A DNA stretch of 64,000 bases. It comes from Haliotis rubra (lineage: Eukaryota). Location of the stretch: positions 124,001 to 188,000 of the forward strand of contig NW_025766225.1 of NCBI RefSeq assembly GCF_003918875.1, read 5' to 3'. The translations under genes were made by a program, and so were the position numbers. Under the pieces are notes generated by a model. That model saw only the letters and a list, made by a program, of their open reading frames with translations, had not been told where the DNA came from and did no database searches. This document shows, piece by piece, positions 1 to 9,840 of the stretch (positions are counted from its first letter, which is position 1; each line of letters starts with the position of its first letter).

Positions 1-15
1 TGGCATTGAAATGAA

Positions 16-60
16 CGCTTCTTTTGAGAGAGATGGATGGCCCTGAAAAGGGCCGTTTTT
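16..60 (-). terminator. Histone-type 3' processing signal: stem-loop (54-39) plus purine-rich downstream element
   Basis: Minus strand reads AAAAAC-GGCCCT-TTTC-AGGGCC-ATCCA-TCTCTCT-CAAAAGAAG. This is the canonical 6-bp stem/4-nt loop bound by SLBP, with an ACCCA-like cleavage context and an HDE-like purine run about 13 nt downstream. Confidence 0.88.
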
Positions 61-71
61 TAGAGTGCACC

Positions 72-386
72 TCACTCCAGGGACCACAGTTGACATCTAC
101 ATTGGCAGGGATGGATGGTCATCTTTGTTTTCACGGGGCACTTGCTCCCATGAGTTAAACGCCTGATATAAGTGTCCTTCAAGACAGTGCCACAGTAGAC
201 ACATTGAAAGGTGGCATTGTACTCGATGGTGCCATTGGCGTAGACGGGCAGGCAGCCATAACATCGTTGGCACTGCCATGCCGGTAAGGGTGGTGATGCT
301 GTCTCCAAGGACATGAGTTCCAGATCCCAGTTTTCTCCAGACATGATTGCTGGTTGTAACACTGCTTCCGCCACCCCTCTCATCAT
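72..386 (-). CDS. Small intronless Cys/His zinc-finger protein A (non-histone) with a histone-type 3' end; probable true start is the ATG at 344 (90 aa, MSGENWDLELM...)
   Basis: Pattern CQRC-x19-CVYCG-x12-HGSKCP-x9-CQC, shared with the ORF at 604-1062. A TATATAT at 391-385 overlaps the first ATG, so Met15 (344) fits a TATA-defined start better. A histone stem-loop lies 17 nt after the stop. Confidence 0.72.
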   Translation of the reverse strand: MMRGVAEAVLQPAIMSGENWDLELMSLETASPPLPAWQCQRCYGCLPVYANGTIEYNATFQCVYCGTVLKDTYIRRLTHGSKCPVKTKMTIHPCQCRCQLWSLE

Positions 387-570
387 ATATAGTGAGAGCT
401 CACGATCATGACGTCACTGGTGCCACGTCATTACCCTCACGCGCGATCATGACGTCATCGATACCACGTCATTACCCTCACGCGCGACCATGACGTCATC
501 GATACCACGTCATCGATACCACGTCATCGACGACACGTCATCGCTGTCTCGTCGCCCATATATAAACTCC
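385..570. promoter_or_regulatory. Bidirectional promoter with opposed TATA boxes and a 41-bp-periodic array of CRE/ATF-type sites
   Basis: TATATAT at 391-385 (minus) and TATATAAA at 559-566 (plus). TGACGTCA at 409, 450 and 491; CCACGTCA at 423, 464, 505 and 519; ACACGTCA at 533. Confidence 0.7.
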
Positions 571-603
571 AGCATGGGTCAGTGAGGGCTATCTTCATGC
601 AAC

Positions 604-1062
604 ATGGATACAAGAAAAGTGGAAGTCATGCGACCGACGCCTTACAGGAAAAATTGCGGTAGACGGCAATGCTTGCGGTGCAGCCCTACCTTACAAGGGA
701 AGGCTGACATCAAAATGGAAGAGGCAGCAACAACACCTACAGAACCGATACCCACAACGGTAACAGCAGCGGCAGCCCCACCACCACCACCACCACCTAC
801 GACAGGAGACACGGTAGCGCCACCACCACCAACAACAACAACAACAACATTACCGAGATGGTCATCCAAATGGCGACTGATTATCTGCCCTACCTGTTTT
901 AAAGCCTATCCATCGAATCGCTTTGATGTCGTCCCAGGAGCTGACTTCTACATATGCCTCTACTGTGGGGAAGGCATCATCAAGAGAGGGCAACAGCAAC
1001 ACGATGATGTGTGCCCCGGAAAATTTATTTTTCGGGGTCTCCAACTCCTCTGTGAATGCTAA
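604..1062 (+). CDS. Intronless Cys/His zinc-finger protein B (152 aa, non-histone) with a Pro/Thr-rich linker and a histone-type 3' end
   Basis: TATA box 38 nt upstream. N-terminal MRPTPYR...CGRRQCLRC, a poly-P/T linker, then CPTC-x19-CLYCG-x10-HDDVCP-x11-CEC. The CxxC-x11-H-x3-CP part has TRAF-type C2HC spacing. A histone stem-loop lies 22 nt after the stop. Confidence 0.75.
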   Translation: MDTRKVEVMRPTPYRKNCGRRQCLRCSPTLQGKADIKMEEAATTPTEPIPTTVTAAAAPPPPPPPTTGDTVAPPPPTTTTTTLPRWSSKWRLIICPTCFKAYPSNRFDVVPGADFYICLYCGEGIIKRGQQQHDDVCPGKFIFRGLQLLCEC

Positions 1063-1080
1063 CCTGGCTGGTTCACATAC

Positions 1081-1122
1081 CAACGGCCCTTTTCAGGGCC
1101 ACCCACCTCGCTCGAAAGAAGG
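1081..1122 (+). terminator. Histone-type 3' processing signal: stem-loop (1085-1100), ACCCA and purine-rich downstream element
   Basis: CAAC-GGCCCT-TTTC-AGGGCC-ACCCA-CCTCGCTC-GAAAGAAGG matches the metazoan histone stem-loop consensus, with an HDE-like GAAAGA 14 nt after the stem. Confidence 0.92.
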
Positions 1123-1269
1123 CTACATCCAATGTTTTTAATCACACACACACACACACTTGTCTAGCCACGCAATCGTCCGCCTCACCCCTCTCCCTCC
1201 TTCCCTCCTTTCCTCTCCTTTCCTCATCTTCCCTTCCCTCTCCGTCCCGTCCCGTCCGCCGCTCGTCCG

Positions 1270-1556
1270 TTCCGCCATCTTGAAATGCGTCTACGCTCGC
1301 GAGATCCCGCGAGAGTCCACGAGATCCCGCGAGATCTCACGCGATCCCACCGGATGGGACGCCATCTTGAACCGCGTCCGCCATCTTGGCTCGGAAGTGA
1401 CGTCATCGTCATGCGCGCGAACCCACCGGAACCGGACGTGACGTCATCGCTATGCGTACGCACCCACCGGAACCGCAACCCGAGTGATCTCCCCTGATGG
1501 CGGCACATGGATCAAGATGGCGACGCCCATGGGGACCGGATGTGCCGCCATCTTGA
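1270..1556. promoter_or_regulatory. CpG-rich cluster of YY1, ETS-CRE and CGCG-box-like motifs
   Basis: CGCCATCTTG at 1273, 1360, 1379 and 1546, plus its reverse complement at 1513. CGGAAGTGACGTCA at 1392, TGACGTCA at 1439, and CTCGCGAGA/TCCCGCGAGA at 1296, 1305 and 1325. Confidence 0.55.
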
Positions 1557-1699
1557 AAAAAGACGCTAGGGTAACGCTGTTCACTACTAACGCCTACGAC
1601 ATCTGCGACCTTTGGCTGACAAGGCGACATGTAACTGCAATACAAGCAGCGTTAAACCTCATTTACTCGTCTAACCTCACTCACTCACTCGTTCATCAC

Positions 1700-3309
1700 T
1701 CCTGTAATCTCACTCACTCACTCACTCGCTTGTCCATCACTCCTCTAACCTCTCTCCCTCTCTCACTCGCTCATTCATCACTCGTCTAAAATCACTCACT
1801 CACCCAAACACCCATCTTCCACTCATACATGTCGTTTTAGTCAAGTTCACATGGTCAAATATTAAGCGGCAACAACTAACAACTTTTCTATTTCACTGTA
1901 ACAAAGGAATTAGGGGAAAATTATATACGAAATGATAAACTGTAGATCTACTTAACATTGAGTGAGTTAAAATGTTACGTCATATCAGCAATAATTCAGC
2001 CATATCGTCTACTTAACACAAAGTTGCAGTTTTATAGATTTCTCGGGCACGTTTACATCTGATTAAAAGTCATTCATTTTCCGACATGTTTGGCACAGAT
2101 TTTACAAGGGACTGATGAAAATTATAAGCAGTCACGTGAAGCGTGGGTCTGTACTAATGCCTATGAACGTAGGATATACATGGGAGTATTGTTTAATGCC
2201 GCTTTAGCACAATCAAGGCGGGGCCACAAAGTTTGGGCTTGAAACGTCGCATCCATGTGAGGTATCAAAACCTCTCAAGCAACATGACGACGAACACTTT
2301 AACCACAAGGCCCACCTGGCAATGGGGTGTCACTGTGCACAGCGCACCCTGAGAAACCAGGTGATATTGTATATAACGGACCCTATAGAAACGGGTGGCA
2401 ATGTACTTACCAGACCCTGACTTACGAAGTGACATTGTATGATACGGAACCTGACAAAACGGGTGGAACTGAACTTAGCACACCCTGACAAACGAAGTGA
2501 CATTGTATATAACGGAGCCTGACAAAGAGTCGTCACTGTACATAGCGGACCCTGAAAAACGAAGTGACATTGCATATAACTGAACCTGACAAAACGGGTG
2601 TCACTGTACATAGCGGACCCTGACAAACGAAGTGATATTGTATACGACTGAACCTGACACAAGAGATGTCACTTTTCTTAGTGGGCCCTGTCAAACGAGG
2701 TCTGATTGTATACAACGCAACCTGGTGAAACGGGGTCACCGCACTTAACGGACCCTCACAAACGAGGTGACATTGCATGTAATGGAAGTTGACAAAACGG
2801 GTGACACTGTACATAGCGGACCCTGACAAGCAAGGTGACATTGTACATAACAGAACCTGACAAAACGGGTGTCACTGTATATAGCGGACAATAACAAACG
2901 AAGTCACGGTGAATATAACGGATCCTGACAGAGGGTCGCCACTGTACATAGCGGAAACTGACAAACGAGGTGACATTTTATGTAACGGAACCTGACAAAT
3001 CGGGTGACACTGTGCATAGCGGACCCTGACTCACGAGGTCTGGTTGTATATAACGGAACCTGAGAAAACGAAGGTTACTGTACATAGCGGACGATCACAA
3101 ACGTGTTGACATTGTATATAACGGAACCTGACAAAACGGGTGACACTGGATATATCGGACCCTGAGAAACAAGGTGGCATTGTATATAACAGAACCTGAC
3201 AAAACGGATGTCACTGTACACAACGGACCGTGACAAACAAGTGTGTGACATTTCGTGACGAGAACAAATTAGACGTTTATAAACAATATGTACAGATTAT
3301 AAAACCTGT
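1700..3309 (+). repeat. Left arm of a long inverted repeat (pairs with 4157-5606)
   Basis: 3241-3309 is the reverse complement of 4157-4225, 1830-2320 mirrors about 4940-5435, and the outer end TCCTGTAATCTCACT (1700) mirrors AGTGAGATTACAGGA (5606). Confidence 0.9.
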
Positions 3310-3490
3310 ACAAACCTGTACAAACTGTGGCAAACAAGGTGACATTGTATATAACGGAACCTGACAAAACGAGTGTCACTGTACACAGCGGACCCTGCCA
3401 AACGAGATGGTATTGTATTATAACGGAACCTGACAAAACGGGTGCCACTGTACTTAACGGACCCTGCCAAACGAGATGGCATTGTACATA
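2325..3490 (+). repeat. Minisatellite with a 34-bp monomer arranged as a 68-bp dimer
   Basis: Alternating units GTGACATTGTATATAACGGAACCTGACAAAACGG and GTGTCACTGTACATAGCGGACCCTGACAAACGAG; interrupted at about 3241-3330. Confidence 0.85.
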
Positions 3491-4156
3491 ATGGAAAGAG
3501 TACGATTGATGCAGATGTGCTCACTGCGTTGAAAAACAACAACAATATATTCTCACATTGTTCTTCAGTAAATTAATGAGTATATTTCATCTGTCGAAAT
3601 ATCCTTATCTGTCACCTCGTGACGTGACAAACGGAACATATGACGTCTATCACGTCACGAGATGGCAGATACACCATACTTCACGTAAACCATTCTATTG
3701 TTGTAATTTTGATCAACTAAATTTAAAGAATATTAATCAGAGAAACCTAGATCAAGTATATCCAAATTCTCCAAACTGTAAACTAAAGACTCAAAGGGGG
3801 TTGAAGTAGGCCTACTGTAAAATCATTGTCCTCCTGAGAGGATAAATGCCCAAATCATTCTAGGTAAATTAAGTTCTTCCAAACTTTTAATCGTAGTATA
3901 TTTGTTCTTTTTGATAATGGCTAAAACACAATCGCCAGCAGCTGAAGGGATGGTGTAAATCCAGCTAGGGTCCATGCAGGTAGCAAAAGAGCTGTAAGTC
4001 CCCATGGACCCTTGTATGGTGACCTACTGTCAGTTGTTAGCGGCCTATAGCCTGTTTATATATTATGTATTGTCCATGTGGTGCTATTAGTTTTAATTTT
4101 ACATTCTAGTTTTAATTCTACCAGTGATAGTTTAGTTGTTTTACTGTAATTGGAGG

Positions 4157-5606
4157 ACAGGTTTTATAATCTGTACATATTGTTTATAAACGTCTAATTT
4201 GTTCTCGTCACGAAATGTCACACACTCGTTTGTCAGGGTCCGTTGTGTACAGTGACATCCGTTTTGTCAGGTTCCGTTATATACAATGTCAACACGTTTG
4301 TGATCGTCCGCTATGTAAAGTTACCTCTGTTTTGTCAGGTTCCGTTATATACAATCAGACCTCGTGAGTCAGGGTCCGCTATGCACAGTGGCGACCCTCT
4401 GTCAGGATCCGTTATATTCACCGTGACTTCGTTTGTTATTGTCCGCTATATACAGTGACACCCGTTTTGTCAGGTTCTGTTATGTACAATGTCACCTCGC
4501 TTGTCAGGGTCCGCTATATACAGTGTCACCCGTTTTGTCAACTTCCATTACATGCAATGTCACCTCGTTTGTGAGGGTCCGTTAAGTGCGGTGACCCCCG
4601 TTTCGTCAGGTTCCGTTGTATACAATCAGACCTCGTTTGACAGGGCCCACTAAGTAAAGTTACATCTCTTGTGTCAGGTTCAGGTGTATACAATATCACT
4701 TCGTTTGTCAGGGTCCGCTATGTACAGTGACGACTCTTCGTCAGGTTCCGTTATATACAATGTCATCTCGTTTGTCAGGGTGTGCTAAGTTCAGTTCCAC
4801 CCGTTTTGTCAGGTTCCGTATTATACAATGTCACTTCGTAAGTCAGGGTCCGGTAAGTACATTGCCACCCGTTTCTACAGGGTCCGTTATATACAATATC
4901 ACCTGGTTTCTCAGGGTGCGCGGTACACACTGACACCCCATTGCCAGGTTGGGCCTTGTGGTTAAAGTGTTCGTCGTCATGTTGCATGAGAGGTTTTGAT
5001 ACTCCACATGGATGCAACGTTTTAAGCCCAAACTTTGTGGCCCCGCCTTGATTGTGCTAAAGCGGCATTAAACAATACTCCCATGTATATCCTACGTTCA
5101 TAGGCATTAGTACAGGCACACGCTTCACGTGACTGCTTATAATTTTCATCAGTCCCTTGTAAAATCTGTGCCAAACTTGTCGGTAAATGAATGACTTTTA
5201 ATCAGATGTAAACGTACTCGAGGAAATCTATAAAACTGCAACTTTGTGTTAAGTAGACGATATGGCTTAATTATTGCTGATATGACGTAACATTTTAACT
5301 CACTCAATGTTTAGTAGATCTACAGTTTATTATTTCGTATATAATTTTTCCATAATTCCTTTGTTACAGTGAAATAGAAAAGTTGTTAGTTGTTGCCGCT
5401 TAATATTTGACCATGTGAACTTGACTAAAACGACATGTGAGTGAGTGAGTGAGTGAGTGAGTGAGAGGGAGGAAGCAAGCGAACAGGAAGATGGGTGTTT
5501 GGGTGAGTGAGTGATTTTAGACGAGTGATGAACGAATGAGTGAGAGAGTGAGAGAGGTTAGGGGAGTGATGGACAAGCGAGTGAGTGAACAAGTGAGATT
5601 ACAGGA
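4157..5606 (-). repeat. Right arm of the long inverted repeat (pairs with 1700-3309)
   Basis: High-identity reverse complement of the left arm, with fewer satellite units. Confidence 0.9.
4225..4935 (-). repeat. Same 34/68-bp minisatellite in inverted orientation
   Basis: Reverse-complement units such as CCGTTTTGTCAGGTTCCGTTATATACAATGTCAC. Confidence 0.85.
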
Positions 5607-5726
5607 TCTCAGTCAAATGATAGCTCAGGTATTTCTAAACATAGACACGATGACATCCACTCACTCATTGTGATGTGGCCTCGATGTCCGCAGTGTTCTT
5701 TGGTAACAAGAACTAAGTTCTGATTT

Positions 5727-5887
5727 GAGTGAGTTTAGTTTTACGCCGCTTTTAGCTATATTCCAGCAATATCACGGCGGGGAACACCAGAAATGGGCTT
5801 TACTCACTAAAACTATTAAGGGAATCGAACTCGGGTGTTTGACGTGACGAGCTAACGCACTAGCCACTAGACTACCCCACCGCCCCC
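5727..5887 (-). mobile_element. tRNA-derived SINE (family 1) with an (ACTC)n tail
   Basis: Minus strand GGGGCGGTGGGGTAGTCTAGTGG (A box) ... GAGTTCGATTCCC (B box) ... GCCCATTTCTGGTGTTCCCCGCCGTGATATTGCTGG ... AAACTCACTC. Related copies lie at about 2195-2320, 4943-5070, 9078, 56150, 58236, 59851, 60439 and 62915. Confidence 0.8.
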
Positions 5888-6343
5888 AAGTTCCGATTTG
5901 AATGAGACTGGATCCGCATGTCTGGGATGGGATAAAGTCTCGCAAGTGTGCGCAAGAAACGTTGGCGTCTAAGACGACTCGGCCACGTTTCCTGGTCACA
6001 CGATCATATTGATCTGTTACATGAGGATTATGATAACATTCACATGGATCATGAACCTAGCGTCAGCAGATCCTGGTTTCACCAAGGAACACAGCTCTTA
6101 CACAGGCGAAAGAACCGTTTGGCATCTACTGTCCAATCGAACCTGTTAGGTGTTTTTCGTCAATGAGGACGAAACGTGAAAACTACGTGACATTAAATAC
6201 ACGACGTACAGCTGATATGTCGCTGCCTCTGCGGCGACGTGTTTGCTAAAGGGTAACATGTATATATAATAACAACTAGAGTAATTTTAACTGCTGTTTA
6301 TTATTATGTCATCAGTAATACGCATACAAGATTTACGATGCTA

Positions 6344-6637
6344 CTATTTTTCACAAAGGATGAATTTGTGTGTGTGATCGTAGAAATACGACCACATCCG
6401 TCTCAGAGTGTTGGTCCTGTAGGGCAGCTTTGTGCAAGGCTTCGTCCCGATGTTAAACTTCCAGTCCATGTCGTTGAAGCCGGGGACGTACCACCCAGAC
6501 CATGCTCCATTGAACCACTGGATCTTGTATGCGATTACCCGACCTCCATTCTCGGCCAGCTGGTCAGCAAAGAGGTTGAGTCCGGCCGCCCAAACACAGT
6601 CACGAGTTGGCCTTCTTGTCACCTCCTTACATTTAGC
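6344..6637 (-). CDS. Exon 2 of a 129-aa secreted Trp/Cys-containing protein (AKCKEV...YKIQWFNGAWSGWYVPGFNDMDWKFN...RRMWSYFYDHTHKFILCEK)
   Basis: Acceptor TTTTTATTTACAG|GCT at 6638/6637, phase 0, in frame with exon 1. AATAAA lies at 6302-6297, 42 nt after the stop. Confidence 0.8.
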   Translation of the reverse strand, partial: AKCKEVTRRPTRDCVWAAGLNLFADQLAENGGRVIAYKIQWFNGAWSGWYVPGFNDMDWKFNIGTKPCTKLPYRTNTLRRMWSYFYDHTHKFILCEK

Positions 6638-7308
6638 CTGTAAATAAAAATGACAATAAATACAAGAGTCATCAGAAGATACAAATCTTTCCCCGATCGT
6701 AGGATATCCGCACTGCCATCCCTTGATCACCGTGCGGCCTCCGTCCGGTGCCTGTGAAATCGTATGGACATTATGCAAGCCTTCCCACCGCAGCCGCATA
6801 TATGGGGTGAAGGGTTCTGGGAGACAACCTGATGGCCGAGCGGCAGCCTTGCGATGGACCAGTCATTTTTACCATGGGTATATACATTAGCAATCCAAAG
6901 CAGTTCTATCATGTGTCCCAGTTCATGAGAGAGATCCAAGACAACAACATGTACAAGGTAAACCGACTTCCGCTCTGCCTTCGCACGGACGTCGCACTGT
7001 CTCCCTGCAGTAGCTGTGAAGTCCGCACGGAAACTGCACGATTTCTGTGCAGCCTCCATGCAGGTTTGACTCGGCCTGTCCCCAAGGAAATCGCACGATG
7101 GTCGTAGACAATATGGACACAAAAGTCGTAGCCCGCAGTCACCCATGATGCGCAAACAATCGTACGGAAAATCGTAGACTACTTTATCGTACGGCGCCCG
7201 TGGCAAATGTGATCCAGGTCAAAACAAAACCCAAGTATCATCACATTTCTCCATATATCGGTAAGAAATATAACCTTTACACATCAAAATAAAAACAGTA
7301 ATTTTACA

Positions 7309-7633
7309 GCCTCCATGTCCCCATGCCTCCAAGCCCCCAAGTCTCCAAACCTCCAAGCCACAAGTCTCCAAGCCTCTAAGTCCCCATGCCTCCAACCTTG
7401 CAAGTCTCCAAGCATCCAAGTACACATGCCTCCAAGTCTCCATGTCCCCATGGCTCCAAGCCTCCAAACCTCCATGTCCCCATGGCTCCACGCCTCCAAG
7501 CCTCCATGTCCCCATGCTTCGAAGCCTCCACGTTCGCATGCCTCTAAGCTTCTAAGCCTCCATGTCCCCATGCCTCCAAGCCTCCAAGTCCCAATGCCTC
7601 CATGCCTCCATGCCTCCAAGTCTTCATGCCTCC
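7309..7633 (-). repeat. GGAGGC(A/T)T satellite, inverted orientation (intronic)
   Basis: CCTCCAAG/CCTCCATG/GTCCCCAT units. Confidence 0.9.
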
Positions 7634-8402
7634 AATCGCTCACCTCCACTCAACTCAGCTTCATTGCACTATTCTCCGCTCACGTACACTCAACTTCAAC
7701 TCAGGTCCAATACTCTATTCTCCGCTCACCTCCACTCAACAGAGTTCCAATGCACTAAACCCCGCTCAACTCCACCCAAGTCAGCTCCAATACACTATGC
7801 TCCGCTCACCCCACTCAACTCAATTCCAATGCGCTATACTCCGCTCACCTCCACTCAACTCAACTCCAATGAACCATACTCCGGACACCTCCATTCAACG
7901 GAACTCAAATGCACTATACTCCGCTCACCTCCACTCAACTGAATTGCACTGTACACCGCTCAGCTCCATTCAACTCACCTCGCCTCCAATGCACTATACT
8001 TCGCTCACCTCCACTCAACTCATCTGCAATGTACGATACTTCGATCACCTCCATTCAACTAAACGCACATGCACTATACACCGCTCATCTCCAGAGGTGT
8101 CCGGAGTATAGTGCATTGGAGTTGAGTTGAGTGAAGGAGAGCAGAGTTTTGTGGATTGGAGTTGAGTTTAGTGGAGGTGAGCGGAGTATATTGCATTGGA
8201 GCTGAGTTAAAGATGAATTGAATTGAGCGGAGTATAGTGCATTGCGGTGGAGTAGAGTGAAGGTGAGCGAAGTACAGTGCATCGGAGTTGAGTTGAGTGA
8301 AGGTGAGCGGAATGTAGTGCATTTCAGTTGAGTGGAGGTGAGCATTGTTTAGTTCATTGGAGCTGAGTTGAATGGAGGTGACCGAAGCATAGTGCATTGC
8401 GG
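7634..8402. repeat. 40-bp minisatellite that switches orientation at about 8091-8100
   Basis: Unit CCGCTCACCTCCACTCAACTCAACTCCAATGCACTATACT up to about 8090, then its reverse complement. Confidence 0.85.
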
Positions 8403-9077
8403 TGCTTCATCAATAAACTCGCTATTGGAACTTTATCTACTTGTTTTGTGATCCTTCAGCATTCGCCAGTTTCGACATTCACTATCTGTTAGGTCCCTGT
8501 GATATATTTTCACTAAACCTCGTCTCCGAGCTCTGGTATTCATTTTGTCACATTTTGTGACTGGTGGCAGCATCCATAATATTTGTGTAGTTTGTCTACT
8601 AGTATCGACTAGTCCTTGGCCGTTCCGTTACAGTCCCATAGTGTCCTATGACCGGGGATAGTAATGTACGTAGCGCCGTGAGCAGGCAATGTGCCTGGAT
8701 ATTCATGAGCGCCATATAAGCGGACTGTTACTATTACTTTTACTATTCTTTTACTGATGTGTTGCCCTTTGGTGGTTCATACAATCACAACAATAGTTAT
8801 TGGAGAACTGTGTGACAGTTAGATTGGTGACCATACTTTGGTAGACACATGCCATCGTGATCACTTGTTCAAAATCACTCTATGACACGTTTTAGTGTGT
8901 GATAGTGGCTGGTTGGTTTTACACTAACTTCTTTTGTGTCAAAATTCCAGCCTTGTTTACTTTTTCAATTTGCAAACCCAAATATAACAATGTCGATCTA
9001 ATTCAAGGCATTAAACTGCAAATTCGCTAAATAAAACGTCCGTCTAATGCTCTAAATATATGTCCTGAATATATGTA

Positions 9078-9158
9078 AAGCCCATCTCTGTTGTTCCCCG
9101 CCGTGATAGTGCTGGAACATTACTAAAAGCGGCGTAAACTTAACCTCACTCACTCACT
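9078..9158 (+). mobile_element. 3' fragment of a family 1 SINE
   Basis: AAGCCCATCTCTGTTGTTCCCCGCCGTGATAGTGCTGGAACATTACTAAAAGCGGCGTAAAC...CTCACTCACTCACT. Confidence 0.7.
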
Positions 9159-9338
9159 AATTGAATGTCAGTGTTAGCCGGGTATAGGTGTCGGGGGATA
9201 CAACATTGGAACCCTGTCACAGAAGACCTGCACTGATGGCAGTTCGAGAGGTTAGACACAGGTGTTCCCTGTTTTACGAAATATATGCCCGATTGACAAA
9301 AAAGTTCTATCTTCTTCGCTTAATAAACATCAGCTTAC

Positions 9339-9434
9339 CTGGGTGTTGATGTCGTAAACGACAAGATCGGACGCGCCGACCAAAGACGTTACAGTCAGCG
9401 CAATCAGAAGCAACGGCAGCATCATGGACATCAT
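9339..9434 (-). CDS. Exon 1 (signal peptide) of the 129-aa secreted protein: MMSMMLPLLLIALTVTSLVGASDLVVYDINTQ
   Basis: Hydrophobic signal peptide with a VGA|SD-like cleavage site, followed by the donor CAG|GTAAGC at 9339/9338. The 96 nt join exon 2 in phase 0. Too short for the ORF track. Confidence 0.78.
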
Positions 9435-9840
9435 GATGATATGAACTACGCCGACGAAGGCGCCTCATTTATTGTTGCAACTATGCACAATAAAAACTAA
9501 ATAAATAAAAAACAGAAATTATAAAACAAATCCAAATGCAATAAAGCCCAGTGAGCTCAATTCGATTATTGGGTAGCTGTCTAAGTCGTTATCGAACGTA
9601 GTGATGTATAATATAAAAATAATATTTCGGGATTATTTAGCAGTTTTGTGCCGACTTGTTAATTAAACTCATGATTTATGACTGTCACACCTGTCCAGAT
9701 GATTGAATGCACGTTGCAGGTTTCAGATTGATTTTTGCAAATTGCATGTCTCCAGCTCTAAACAGTTAATTTTCGTATATGTTAATATTTCGTTGTTTTC
9801 TACCGAAACTAAAATTGTCATTCAATGCACTCAATACCGG

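Noticed and set aside
1039-1059. LxCxE Rb-binding motif at the end of ORF 604-1062
   Set aside because: The sequence is LLCEC, so the Glu is one position too early.
72-1062. Histone genes or histone pseudogenes implied by the stem-loops
   Set aside because: No frame shows H1, H2A, H2B, H3 or H4 motifs; the products are Cys/His-patterned instead.
1700-5606. Long inverted repeat as Polinton TIRs
   Set aside because: It does not resemble the AGTAGT terminus at 16221/30390 and encloses no viral genes.
6638-6799. 5' part of ORF 6344-6799
   Set aside because: It lies upstream of a strong splice acceptor and is better explained as intron read-through.
6727-7206. Overlapping ORFs 6727-7206 (-) and 6832-7107 (+)
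   Set aside because: They are intronic with no recognisable domain. The CGTACG/CGCACG-rich sequence looks like a DNA-transposon remnant, but I could not define its ends.
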